A DNA stretch of 64,000 nt, from contig NC_134029.1 of assembly GCF_964204645.1 (NCBI RefSeq), positions 12,550,850-12,614,849 of the forward strand, given 5' to 3'. The notes beneath the pieces are model-generated. The model saw only the letters and a program-made list of their open reading frames with translations, was not told the origin of the DNA and ran no database searches. Of the stretch, positions 44,316-55,608 are shown piece after piece (position 1 is the stretch's first letter; the number at the start of each line of letters is the position of its first letter). Position numbers and translations under genes: made by a program. The DNA is from Tubulanus polymorphus. Taxonomy: Eukaryota > Animalia > Nemertea.

Positions 44316-44858
44316 TTAATTTGAATTATATAATTTTTCATTTAGCTCGTGAATATATCTGTGATTCCATAATGATTTTTTATTTTTATACTTCTTATTG
44401 CATATTTCACAGCATTTAATATTATTCAATCTATCTGAAATATAATTGATATTATCTTTTAATTCGGCGTATCTAATTTTGCAGTTATCATAGAATTCTA
44501 ACGTCTGTTTTAATGAGTAAACTGAAAATGAAAATAAACCTGAAACCATAATTATTAATTTCAGTTGCTCTTGATTTCTGTAAATAAGATGTAATAAATT
44601 TAATATATTTTCACTCATTTTTATAGTTTTAACTTTTTTATTCTTTTTATTTCTGTGATTGTTTCCATTGAATTGAATTGGATTGAATTTTCTAAATTCA
44701 TCATCTAAATTACATTGAACTGCAATATCTTTAAATGATTTTTCATTATCTAAATCACATTGAATACCAATATTTGATGAATTTTCATTATGGATGATTT
44801 GTTTATTGTCAAAATTTAAATAATATAATTGTCTTTTTTCAATTCTTAAGTTAATCAA
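44316..44858 (-). CDS. Hypothetical protein with hydrophobic segment and C-terminal C2H2 zinc finger (possibly two fused genes)
   Basis: CEICNKKY...H.YIH finger. The internal MSENILNL start is also present near 33050. Confidence 0.55.
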   Translation of the reverse strand: MINLRIEKRQLYYLNFDNKQIIHNENSSNIGIQCDLDNEKSFKDIAVQCNLDDEFRKFNPIQFNGNNHRNKKNKKVKTIKMSENILNLLHLIYRNQEQLKLIIMVSGLFSFSVYSLKQTLEFYDNCKIRYAELKDNINYISDRLNNIKCCEICNKKYKNKKSLWNHRYIHELNEKLYNSN

Positions 44859-44902
44859 ATCATTGTAACTTTTAGAAAGTATTAAATCACTATCTCTTTC
44901 AT

Positions 44903-45208
44903 TTAAAGGAGTTTCAAGAATGTCAAGAAGAGTTTCATGTTTTCATCTAAATTACCTTTACAATTTAAAACTGTATTGAATATTTTAGGATTTTTAGCAC
45001 CATTATCAAAAGTATCAATTAGTTCAGTAATTAAATATGTTTCATTTAATAATATTTGATCAATTATAGTAATATCATCAATTTTATATTGTCTTGCATA
45101 CACCAAATTTGTTGCTGGGATATAATTTTTAATGTTAAACTGTGAAAAAAAGTTATTGGTTTCATTGATTTCGATTTTGAATTTGGGTTCTTCTTCTTCT
45201 TTCTTCAT
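44903..45208 (-). CDS. Hypothetical protein next to the terminus
   Basis: 101-aa ORF with AATAAAAA-N-AAAATG upstream. Confidence 0.45.
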   Translation of the reverse strand: MKKEEEEPKFKIEINETNNFFSQFNIKNYIPATNLVYARQYKIDDITIIDQILLNETYLITELIDTFDNGAKNPKIFNTVLNCKGNLDENMKLFLTFLKLL

Positions 45209-45432
45209 TTTTATAACAAGATTTTTATTAAAATGAATCTAACTCATTCAAATATAAATATTCAATGTTAAAATATGAATTATTTCTCACACTTTTATGT
45301 TTAAAAATTAAGAATCGTTAATTACTCGTTACTTTTAATATTTTTTTTAACTGTCCATTTATTTTACCTATTTTTTTATTCGAAATCAATGAAATTCATG
45401 TAAATAATATTCATTTATATGAAATTATTAGA

Positions 45433-45528
45433 AGTAATAGGGAATATGGGGGTTCAGGTCAAAGGTTGAAGGGGAGAGTAAGCTCGACCCTTCGACCTTT
45501 GGTATGAACCCCCATATTCCCTATTACT
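45433..45528. repeat. Terminal fold-back hairpin (96 bp)
   Basis: AGTAATAGGGAATATGGGGGTTCA pairs with TGAACCCCCATATTCCCTATTACT. Confidence 0.9.
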
Positions 45529-45542
45529 ATTGTGGTTTGATG

Positions 45543-45848
45543 CCTTAGTGCAATTTAGGTAATGTTGAAACCATCCAGAAAAAGGAAGTGATATTGGAAA
45601 GATACAAAATGGCGACTTTTTGAATCGCAGAAGGGAGGGTTAGGGTTTAGGGTCTAGAGGGTCCAGGGGGTTAGGGGTAGGGTTAGGATGAGGCTATAAG
45701 TAGTTAGAAGTTGCGATTCCAGGCAACTTCAGCGATAGCGTTGGGGGTAAACGTTAAGCTAGCACTCTTGTGCTTGCGTGGTCGAATCCCAATTTTCGTA
45801 GATCTTAATTAATTTGTGGATGGTTTCAACATTACACAAATTACTAGG
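45543..45848. mobile_element. MITE-like element with ~30-bp TIRs and internal degenerate TTAGGG repeats
   Basis: GTAATGTTGAAACCATCCA pairs with TGGATGGTTTCAACATTAC; GGGTTAGGGTTTAGGG...GGGTTAGG inside. Confidence 0.65.
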
Positions 45849-47384
45849 TTTGTAGTTCGAAGATGCGTCGTGCCGGACGGGACCCCAAAATAGCAAAGGG
45901 AACTTAAAGACCGAAGGAAAGGCATTAATTGTTGTAAGTATCGAATTAATCCGCTGATATTTACTCGGAATTCAAACAGCCTCTACGGAGTTGATACGGT
46001 ACTTATCGACTTTTTAGGTAATTAGGGCTCAGCTTAGTCTGAATACCAGTCGTTGTTACCGGTTCCCTACAAACCAGTTGTTTGTTCAACGACGGCAAGG
46101 TACTAAACTAGGCTCGGCTGTTATAGTCATCCTGAAAGAACTTGGCCGAAGGGGGACATGCTTTCTTTATCAACCGTATGTGAAATATATTCAGTGAATT
46201 GTTGTGTTTATGATGATGTGAAAATGACTTAAGTCTGAATAAAGTTTATAAACTCCTTGTCAGTGTTTTGTGATATCAGATATTTGGATCCACCGCAGCA
46301 TCTCTACTTATATTATCAATACAGATAGCAAGTTGAGACAAACTTGGGTAAGACCAGTAATTCAGATCAACTGGATATTCGCAATATTTTCCTCTCCTCA
46401 TGAACCAGACATGATTTTTGCTTTTATTATACTAACAATAGAACCTGGATTGACTTTTCAATTCAAATCTCATCCGTTTTTCAAACTAACCATGATACAA
46501 CAAATCATTCTGAGCATGTTGTGCTCATTCATTTTAATACGCATAACTTCTAATTCTTAAGAAATCCTCTGAGTTGTATCTCAGAAGAAAATCATCATCA
46601 GAACACACAAAATGACCTACAGTAGACAATCAACAGAATATTCGTAAATAGATAAGTATTTACTGTTCACAAGTTTTAAAAGACATTGAAGTGAAGTATT
46701 AGTGAAGTTACCTGTCGTATATTTTCACCACACTGAATTGACTGCTTATGTCCAGTATCACATTCACAATCATCAATCTTCTTAAGTGAACAAACAAATT
46801 GCCGTTGTCGTAGCCTCTGCAGGATGGATGGTGCTTGGTTTTTCCATCCCAGGTTCGTTGTTGTTGTTGTTGTCGATTGACGACAGTTCCTTTTGAGCAG
46901 GGTTGGTTTTGACGGGGTATGACTGCAGTTTAGGTGTCCCTAATAGTTGTACCTAAACTTACCATAACACTATTCTTTAATAACACTAGTGCCACCCAGT
47001 GGATAGGTGACCCAAACTGTAGTTAGACCCGGCATTCCTTTGCTTTAGAAGCGTTACTGGTAGTTTTAGTCGAGTTTCTTTCTTCATTGGTGTAAAAATC
47101 TACTTTAAAGAGGTCCACCATGGAAAGTAAATTGAGACACTCTAGAGGCGTCCATGTTACACGTTACGCGGAAGATGGCGAACGGGTTAAACCTGCTGAT
47201 CTAATCTGACTGCGATTGCAGGTGGCGCACAATTGGACCTACGACAGTCTATCGCAGTCGTAGAGGCGTCGTAGAGACCGGCAACCAGTCTAATATGTTG
47301 GCGGTCTAATATGCTGTTTTGGAACTGACTATATCAGATGACTCAAAACCAGACCGTTCCGTCTACAGATAGTATAACGGATTA

Positions 47385-48822
47385 GCATTTTACATTAATA
47401 TGTTGAATGACATATATATGGCACCCAGGATACAATTAAAGAGTATAGCATTAGGTATTGCAATAATTTGTTACCTGCAATATGTGGTTACATACTAGCG
47501 CCGTTCGTAAAAAATGTTTTTAGGACTGAATGTGTCTTAACATGTAGGCTTAATTGTCTCTGGTATTGATGCTTGAAAGTACCCTCTATATTAGTAATGT
47601 GACTATTGAATTCTGTTTATTATAATTACCGGTAAACAGTATATTTTAACTCACATTCAGACTGTAGAAATTATGATTCTAAGTAGTATTTTTTATTTAA
47701 ACTTTTTGGTACGGTAGGGCCTACCCAGTGACTGTTGTTTGTCTGTTGTGCAAATCTATTTCACTGAAGCAAAAATAAATATATAAATAAATATATGCCA
47801 ATATAGTTTTTCTTTTCTGTTTTCTCTTGTTTTTTCTTTCCCTAATTTACAAAGGCTTGCGTGGAATTTTGGGATTTGTAAGTCGCCTCCCTTCCCTCCA
47901 GGGAATGCCCTTTAAAAATCGGACCTTGTGTTCTATTGCCTCATTTTTTTGCAGTTGTTAGAAGATTGTCCCATTTCTTTTTTAACACTTTCTACATCTC
48001 TTTTTATATTGGGACTATGGTTGTTGATTGCAGCTGTTATTTTACACCATGCTTCCTTTTTATTTTGACTCGTCAGAATTGGTGACAACTTCCCTCTGAT
48101 TATGCTTTTCACCTTTAAATACTCCTCCACAAGGATTTATTTCTCCTCATAGCTCCAATTAGGTAACCGTTTTTTCTGTGCCATGATTGCAACCCGTGCA
48201 CTACAGCCGGTTTTTTTCTGGAATGATGGATATTTCTAACCCGGGTTTTTCCGAAACTAAGTCTGCAACAGTGTGTTTCATTGGCTATAACATTTTGCCA
48301 CAAGTAGGCCAAGGATAAGAGTTATCCAAGAAGTTAGGATATCCTTAGCAAAGGAAATGCTTAAGATACTTTATGCATCATACTTAAAAGTCATCCTTAG
48401 GTAAGGAATTCCTTATCTATTTAAGGAAAGAATTTTCCTTAAGTTAAGGAAGTTTTATGCATACCGGGCCTGGTTTTCAGTCATCTGAAATAGCCAATTC
48501 CTTTTACATTAGCATGTTGAATGACATATGTATGGCGGACAATTCGACATTGTCTGCGCTGTCATCTACTGACTGTAGTGATTTTAAGGCCGCCGAGGAT
48601 GCAATTAAAGAGTACAGCATTAGGTGTTGCAATAATTTGTTACCTGCAATATGTGGTGGTACATACTAGCGCCGTGCTTATCTCTAACAAATTGTTTTGA
48701 GGACTGAATGTCTCTTAACATGTAGGCCTAATTGTCTCTGGTATTGATGCTTGACTGTAGTAATTATGATTCTAAGTAGTATTTTTATTTAAACTTTTTG
48801 GTACGGTAGGGCCTACCCAGTG
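47385..48822. repeat. Local direct duplication (~47385-47730 vs ~48500-48822); 47725-47927 also recurs at 58203-58410
   Basis: Shared blocks GCAATAATTTGTTACCTGCAATATGTGG, GGTACGGTAGGGCCTACCCAGTGA and CAGTGACTGTTGTTTG...AAATCGGACCT. Confidence 0.75.
47930..48471 (-). mobile_element. PIF/Harbinger-like 5' fragment with Myb/SANT DNA-binding gene remnant
   Basis: KKEAWCKITAAIN...RDVESVKK is Myb/SANT-like. The end GGCCCGGTATGCATAAAAC (minus strand) resembles Harbinger TIRs. Confidence 0.6.
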
Positions 48823-50230
48823 AAGCGGAATACCGGGATTCGGGGTAGCGTGCTCTGGCAAGTGACTACAAGAAATCTACTTCCGTTTCCGTAAAAATTC
48901 ATAATGTCAAGTCTCAGGTCTCAACTCTCGGAATTTCCTCGACCAAGAGGGAATACAGGTAACTCTCGCTCTCTCTCTTCCCATAATCCTATACATTTAA
49001 AGAAAAAGTTGCATATAGGCGTCGCTTCTAGGGTTCGCTCACGTCACTAGCATCTGGGAGGTAGAGAAGCTAGAAGGGGAAAATTCTCTTGTTTCCTCCA
49101 TGAGATTTAACGCGCAAAAATATATCAAGTCTTCCTCTGGTGAGTGAGAATACTTTATGGAGTCCCAATTCTCAATGATAAGACATAATGATAACACGGG
49201 TGACTGAATGTCTTCACAAATCACCCATGAAAAAGCGTTTGCATGAATGAAAAACTGTGACCAAAAGAATTAATAGGAGAATCATGAATAAGTCAAATAA
49301 AATAAAAATCCCCTAGCTTTCTCTCCGACTGAGGAGGAAATACAGGACTGCGTCCAGCGCTACAAGTATTTCCGGCCTCCTGTGGGCTGCACTGCCACTT
49401 ATGAGGACCAGGTCCGTAAGAGAAGAAGAGAGTAAACCGGGAGAACACGTCTTTACTGTATCAGCATCATAAGACAACTAACTTTATTTCCTATAATGTA
49501 AACTAAACTAAAAAGAGTACATGTGGTCAAGTAATTACATAGATCCATCATCTTGACAGCTGCGGTTCAAAGACTACTTCAAAGAATACTTCGGCTGTTG
49601 CCGACACTGCCGGGGGGCAAAGGTGTGGTTTAGCATGTCAAGTCTGGTAGTAAAGTAAACAAAGTACATAAGTAAATCTAGCAAATACGAGGAAAATTAA
49701 AAAATTAAAAGTAATTAAAACGTTATACATGAATTCGAAGAAGGCAAATTTAAGTACAGTGAGTATAATGATAAGCGATCGTCTAATTTGAATTTCTAAC
49801 AGGCATTGCGTTGTGTTTGTAACATATTTGATATAATTATGAATTCTAAAATCATATTAGTTTAATGTAATCATCATTTAAACATTAATCTACATTTCCT
49901 ACATTTCCTACATTCATTGATAAACATAGTTCATAGAAATGTAATTTATGAAAGCATATTGAAGAAATTGATAAGCATTTAGATGTATGTAGCGGTATAT
50001 ATAATCATACGTAATTGAGAATTTCAGCAAATTAAGGTAACAGGCGTAAACAGTAAACATTTTAACGAGTCATTAATTACAGTCATTAGTTTCATAGATA
50101 AAATACCATTCTTCGTTAGATGATCCTCCAGCCGCGAAGGATGTAAAAATAAACACGCAGAAAGTTTTGTAACGGGAAATAGTTGTATATACGTACGCAA
50201 ATAGTTTGTAACACGATAAAACGATAAAGT

Positions 50231-53200
50231 TCAGTTCAAAATATCGGCGGTCCATCGTTTCAAATTTTCTCTCGCAGCGACCGCGGAACGTCTTTTCGGG
50301 AGAGTGTCTTTATTTTGATCAGTAACTGGGTCGAAATCAGTTTCGGGTTGATCATCGGGTTGATGGTTTACTTCCAACGGATACAATTTGGTAATAGGCC
50401 GGTTCGTACGACCGTTTGCTGTTTTTATATCCGCAGCACGAATCAGTCCATCTTTTCCACGCAATAGTCTCTCGACGAGAGCCATTTTCCATTTAACGCG
50501 TTTGACATTATCCTCGTGAACTAGGACAATTTCACCGACTTTTATCTGGTTCGAGAGTTTCCCGGTGCCAGTGTGTCTTTCGCGTAATTGAACTAAATAT
50601 TCATCGGACCATCTCTTCCGGAATCGTTCCAAAAGTGATGACAGGTATTTCGCGCGTTTTTGATGTTCAGACACCGCGGAAAGGTAGGTTGGATCATCGA
50701 GATCCACGGAAGTCCAAGTCGGCAATGTGGTAATCATGCGGCCATGTAGTAAATGAGCCGGCGTAAGAGGGGTCGGATCTAGCGGATTTTCGGTGCTATA
50801 GACATAGGTAATGGGTCTATCGTTGAGGCTAGCTTCGATTTCGACCACTGCGGTGCGGAGTTCATCTTCAGTGATGAACGCACGGCGTAGAACCTTCCTG
50901 AGGCACATTTTCGTGATGCCAACAAGACGTTCCCAAAATCCCCCGTACCAGGGAGCACGTTTCGGGGTGAAATCCCACTGGATACGGTTACCCGCGAAGT
51001 AACGTTGTACATCGGGAGAATTGAAGAGTTGCCGGATCTCCTTTGCGGCACATTCGAATGTACTTTGGTTGTCCGAAACGACTTGTTTAGGTGTCGAACG
51101 ACGCGATACAAAGCGACGGAACGCGCGTAGAAAGGTTGCGGTGCCCATGTCCGTTACGATGTCCAGATGCACCGCACGAGTCGAAGCACACGTAAACAGA
51201 ACGATGTAACACTTCGACTCGTTGTTTGAATGGCGATTTCTTACGAGAAGTTCACCGGTGAAGTCGATACCTGTCACCGTGAACGGCGGTGCATCTCGAA
51301 CTCGTATTTCCCGTAACGGCGGCGCAACAGGTGATTGATAGGCTCGACCTTGCGCAAATTTGCACGTTGTGCATTTCCTAAGAATGCAATAAACATTTCT
51401 TCGAATGTTTAGTATCCAATAAACTTGACGAATTTGAGTCACGGTCACTGGTGTTCCGCAATGTTTCGCGCGACGGTGATAAAATTGGACAACCAGTCTG
51501 GTGAACCAATGATTTTTCGGTAACAGTACCGGAAACTTAGTACTGTCCGGAAGCAGAGCATTGTGGAGTCGGCCCCCACAGCGAATAATGCCAGACTCGT
51601 CAATAAACAATCGCAGTTGTTTTACTAGTGGCTCGTGCCTTTTGTTATTGTTTATTAGCTGATCCATTTCGATATGGAAACATTCGGACTGGATACTCTT
51701 GACCCATAGTATCTCTGCAGTATTAATCTCAGACGCGCTAATTTCTTCCGTTAGTCTAGACTGTTTATCAATTCTGAGATTGTTTACGTATCGACGTACG
51801 AGCGCAGTTTTCCGTAAGAGGCGTGTCAGCGAGCTGTGTTTCTCTATATCGATAACAGATCCAACGCCGTGTTTTTGCGCGCGTAGAATTTCCGGTTGTA
51901 CGAGCACTTCCGCGCAAATTTCATCAGGCGCAGCGTTTAAGCGGGAAATTGGCCAGTCCCCATTTACCAACCACGACGGTCCACGCCACCAAATATCGGA
52001 GGTCTTCAGCTTATCGGTGGTGGTTCCCCTGGTTAGTAAATCAGCCGGGTTGTCCTGAGTAGGACAGTACTTGAATTTACTCACGGGCAGTGACAATATT
52101 TCACTGACTCGATTCGCAACAAAACACTGTAGTTTTTTGTCACTTTTCAACCACGAAAGAACTATTTCGCTATCGGACCAAAGTATCGCGTCGGTTATTT
52201 TGTAAGTGTTTCCCAGTGAATTAATTACGAACTTACACAGACGAGCACCGACAAGTGCCCCCATCAGTTCTAGGCGTGGTAGTGTTAACTGGCTGAGCGG
52301 CGCTACGCGAGACTTTGCCATGACTATAGACGATTTTCCGTGATGTAAATAAACGACGGCGCCATTGGCTTTCATACTAGCATCGGAAAAACAATTAATT
52401 TCATACGGTTCGGAACAATTACCTACGCATCCGGGAAAGAATTGACGGTCTATTTCGATTTCGCGCCTTACGCGATGTAAATCGGTTTCGAGGACTCTCC
52501 ATTGTATTTCAAGTTCATCATTAAGCAGTTCGTCCCATTTAAGATCATTAAGCCACAATTGTTGAATAAATATTTTAGAACTTACATGAACGGGCGACAG
52601 ATATCCTAGCGGATCGTATAAATTCGATACAGATTTAACCACTTCACGCTTTGTGGCGATATTCGCGGGTTTCTGGCCTTGTTTATATTTCAGAGTATCA
52701 TCTGTTATGTTCCAAATCATACCGAGATTAACTTCTTCATTTCGATTTAGGGTATTGTTATTTTCCGCTAATTCGCGTAGAGCGGTGCTGTTGCTTGTCC
52801 ATTCACATAAATTAAATCCACCATCGGACATAATTTTAACTGATTCGCGATAATAATCAAGAGCTTCGGATTCATTTTCAACGGAGGTTATAACATTATC
52901 CACATAGATTTTGGCCTTTAAATCTGAGGCGACGGGTGAATCATACTGTTCGAGGTGTGATTTCACAACGGCATTGAGAATAAAAGGAGAACACGCGGCT
53001 CCAAACAAAACAGATTTAAAACGGTATACGATGAAATCACTGTCGGGGTCGCTTGGATCACATAGCCAGAAAAACTTTGTGTAGTCGCGATCACGTGTAT
53101 CAAGTTTGACCATCAGGAACGCCTTCTCGATATCGGACGATAAGGCCACGTGACCTGTACGTTGATGTAGTAGGATGGCCGCTAGATCATTCAGGAGGCG

Positions 53201-53437
53201 GGGTCCTGTTTCTATGCAGTCGTTGATGCTCGGATCAACGCTGGATTGGCGGCAACTACAATCGTAGACTATTCTAATCGGCGTGGTCTTCGAATCCTTT
53301 TTCACGGAATGATGGGGCAGATAGTGACCACGTGTTTCATCGTCGTCGTGTACGCGCTCTATGAAGTCGCGGGAAAGTTGATCCTCGATTATTCGGTTAT
53401 AAACGTATCTGGTTTCGCTGTCTAGTCGTTTAACCAT
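50231..53437 (-). CDS. BEL pol (RT, RNase H, integrase)
   Basis: YLPHH, DIEKAF, YVDN, FSDAS, NPADLLTRG, GIDFTG, SDN, GGFWER. Confidence 0.95.
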   Translation of the reverse strand: MVKRLDSETRYVYNRIIEDQLSRDFIERVHDDDETRGHYLPHHSVKKDSKTTPIRIVYDCSCRQSSVDPSINDCIETGPRLLNDLAAILLHQRTGHVALSSDIEKAFLMVKLDTRDRDYTKFFWLCDPSDPDSDFIVYRFKSVLFGAACSPFILNAVVKSHLEQYDSPVASDLKAKIYVDNVITSVENESEALDYYRESVKIMSDGGFNLCEWTSNSTALRELAENNNTLNRNEEVNLGMIWNITDDTLKYKQGQKPANIATKREVVKSVSNLYDPLGYLSPVHVSSKIFIQQLWLNDLKWDELLNDELEIQWRVLETDLHRVRREIEIDRQFFPGCVGNCSEPYEINCFSDASMKANGAVVYLHHGKSSIVMAKSRVAPLSQLTLPRLELMGALVGARLCKFVINSLGNTYKITDAILWSDSEIVLSWLKSDKKLQCFVANRVSEILSLPVSKFKYCPTQDNPADLLTRGTTTDKLKTSDIWWRGPSWLVNGDWPISRLNAAPDEICAEVLVQPEILRAQKHGVGSVIDIEKHSSLTRLLRKTALVRRYVNNLRIDKQSRLTEEISASEINTAEILWVKSIQSECFHIEMDQLINNNKRHEPLVKQLRLFIDESGIIRCGGRLHNALLPDSTKFPVLLPKNHWFTRLVVQFYHRRAKHCGTPVTVTQIRQVYWILNIRRNVYCILRKCTTCKFAQGRAYQSPVAPPLREIRVRDAPPFTVTGIDFTGELLVRNRHSNNESKCYIVLFTCASTRAVHLDIVTDMGTATFLRAFRRFVSRRSTPKQVVSDNQSTFECAAKEIRQLFNSPDVQRYFAGNRIQWDFTPKRAPWYGGFWERLVGITKMCLRKVLRRAFITEDELRTAVVEIEASLNDRPITYVYSTENPLDPTPLTPAHLLHGRMITTLPTWTSVDLDDPTYLSAVSEHQKRAKYLSSLLERFRKRWSDEYLVQLRERHTGTGKLSNQIKVGEIVLVHEDNVKRVKWKMALVERLLRGKDGLIRAADIKTANGRTNRPITKLYPLEVNHQPDDQPETDFDPVTDQNKDTLPKRRSAVAARENLKRWTADILN

Positions 53438-53535
53438 CGATCTGGTTCGCCTTTTAACAATGTTCAGATTCGTTGGGAGAGGATCGTGTTGAGATTTCCA
53501 TGGTAGTTTAGCGATATAACTATTCTCTGATTTCG

Positions 53536-55608
53536 TCAGGTAGTTTTCACGGTAGTCGTCGAACGTGATTGTTTTTTCGGTGTTGTTTTCCGACGATTTA
53601 ATACCCAGAGTCTCGATATCCCAGAACTTATTGAGTCCGCGCTTTCGCGTCGATAATCAGTTTTAACGAACATAGCTCGTTGCAAATTGTGTTTCGTTTG
53701 TCCGACGATCGGGCCAGATAACAGGTAGCCCAATTTCGAAGCAACGGCAGTCGGACCATTTCCGCGAACAGTTTCGTTTTCAACCAATTGCCAATAGTAA
53801 TCAGCGCCAATCAAAATTGATAAATCGTAGGAGTAATCGGTGTAAGTGAGCGGGTTCGCTAATTGTAATCCACTCAAGTAATCGAGATTCTTCAGATTGT
53901 AACTATATGTTTGCATCGGAGACGAAATCGTATCGGTGACAAGAGCTTTTAAGTCCAGAATTGAGCCATTTTTTGTTTTCAATTTTACAGTGACCTGATC
54001 AAACAGTCTGCTACAAGGCGCGGTATCACCAAAGACGACGAGATTGATGTCTTCTGATGAGTCGATTTTCAGACATAGTTTATCAGCCATGTCACGGGTA
54101 ATGAAAGTCTTGGTGGAACCTTCATCAAACAAGATGAACGCCTGTTCGAAATGGTCATCGTTACCATGGGCGACATCTGCTACTGCAGTTTTTAACAGTA
54201 CAGGTCCAGCTGTTCGTATATTGGTGTTTCTTTCGGTCGGAATTGATTGATGACTCTCGGTTTTTCGGTCGGTTTCTCTCGGGTTGTTGAAAACCTCATG
54301 TAGAAGAGTATGATGTTTTTTACTTTGGCACTTCCTGCATGAGAAATTCGATCTGCACTCATTTAACTTGTGCATCCCAAAGCAATTAAAACATCTTCGC
54401 GCGGTTTTTATGATTTCGAGTCGTTTTGTAGGATCGGTAACGACGGTACAATCCCTGGCTTCGTGTGGTCTTCCGCAAAATAAGCATTTCCTTTCGCGCC
54501 GAAATTGTTGCCTGTTTCTAGGTTCGGTGCGATTTCGTTGATGACCACGGGTGAAGAGTGAAGTTTGATACGGTTGTAAATCGTGTGTTGCGTGGTCACC
54601 CATTCCAATTTCAAGTGCTTCAATTTCTCGACGGATAGAATTTCGTAGAGAAGTAAATTTCCAATCCTCTGACGGTGGTTGGTTTCGAGCGATTTGAGTT
54701 CGCACTTCGAGCGGAAGTTTGTTCATTATCATCGGTATGAGTAGCGAGCCGTACGATTCCTCGCTTGTCCCTAAAGCCTGAAGCCCGCGCACGTGACTTT
54801 CGATGGTATCGTAGAAGTTTCTCAAACTATCCACCTCGTAACGCGGTTGTTTCAATTCTAATAGTGCGGACATATAAGCATTCGTGATTTTTTGTTTTTG
54901 TCCGTACCTTTCCTTTAGTAAGTCCATAGCGTGTCCGTAGTTGTTGTTCGTGAGACTTAATCCTTCGATGGTTTTCAGAGCTCCGCCGTGCAATTGACAC
55001 TGTAGATACTGGAACTTTTGGATCGGTGAAATGCTGTTATTTTGATCGACAGCGGAATTAAATGCATCAATGAAAGTTATCCAATTTAGTACATTCCCAT
55101 TGAAATTCGGTAGTACTAATTTCGGTAAATTAGTACCTCTCATGTTCGTAGTTTGCGGCGGTGCGGGTGGCGCGTGATTTTCGTTCGTGTTGTCGTCTGA
55201 ATCAGTCGGCGGAAGATTCTGAGTGACTGAAGCGCTGATCGGTTGAGCTACGGCTGAGATTGTCTCTTCTTTCGGATGTTTTGTGAGTTTTTTTGCGCCA
55301 GCATTCCATGATAAGTAATCTCTCTTCAGCTTGTTCCACGAAATCTTCAGCTTCCGCCATGGCAATTTCGAGTTCGTTTTCATCGGTCGAATCGATGATA
55401 GTTTGATCGAGTTCAATGATCGTTTGAATCTTAGTTTTTATTTTCGCTGTTTTCCGTTCGGCCAATGCCTGAAGTTCGTCACCTTGTAGTTTGGTTTCGA
55501 TTTTGAGCTGTTCAAAACCGTTGAGTAATTTCACGAGTTGGCTCCGGTGCGAGCGTCTGCTTCTAATTGACCGATTCAGGTCTGGTCCAACCGAGTTATC
55601 TTGCGACA
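53536..55608 (-). CDS. BEL gag-protease region (DUF1759-like core, three Cys/His knuckles, LFDEGS protease), frameshifted
   Basis: LPKLVLPNFNG, C..C...H....C knuckles, ILFDEGST, ILIGAD. Frame switches near 55290 and 53625. Confidence 0.9.

Larger units (their letters stand above)
43200..45528. mobile_element. Right end of element M6 (HNH, 180-aa and 101-aa ORFs, hairpin terminus)
   Basis: AT-rich, TAAATG/AAAATG starts, terminus ATTACT at 45528. Left boundary approximate. Confidence 0.7.

Noticed and set aside
50779-54623. Short alternative-frame ORFs within the BEL element
   Set aside because: They overlap gag-pol and are expected by chance in GC-richer coding DNA.
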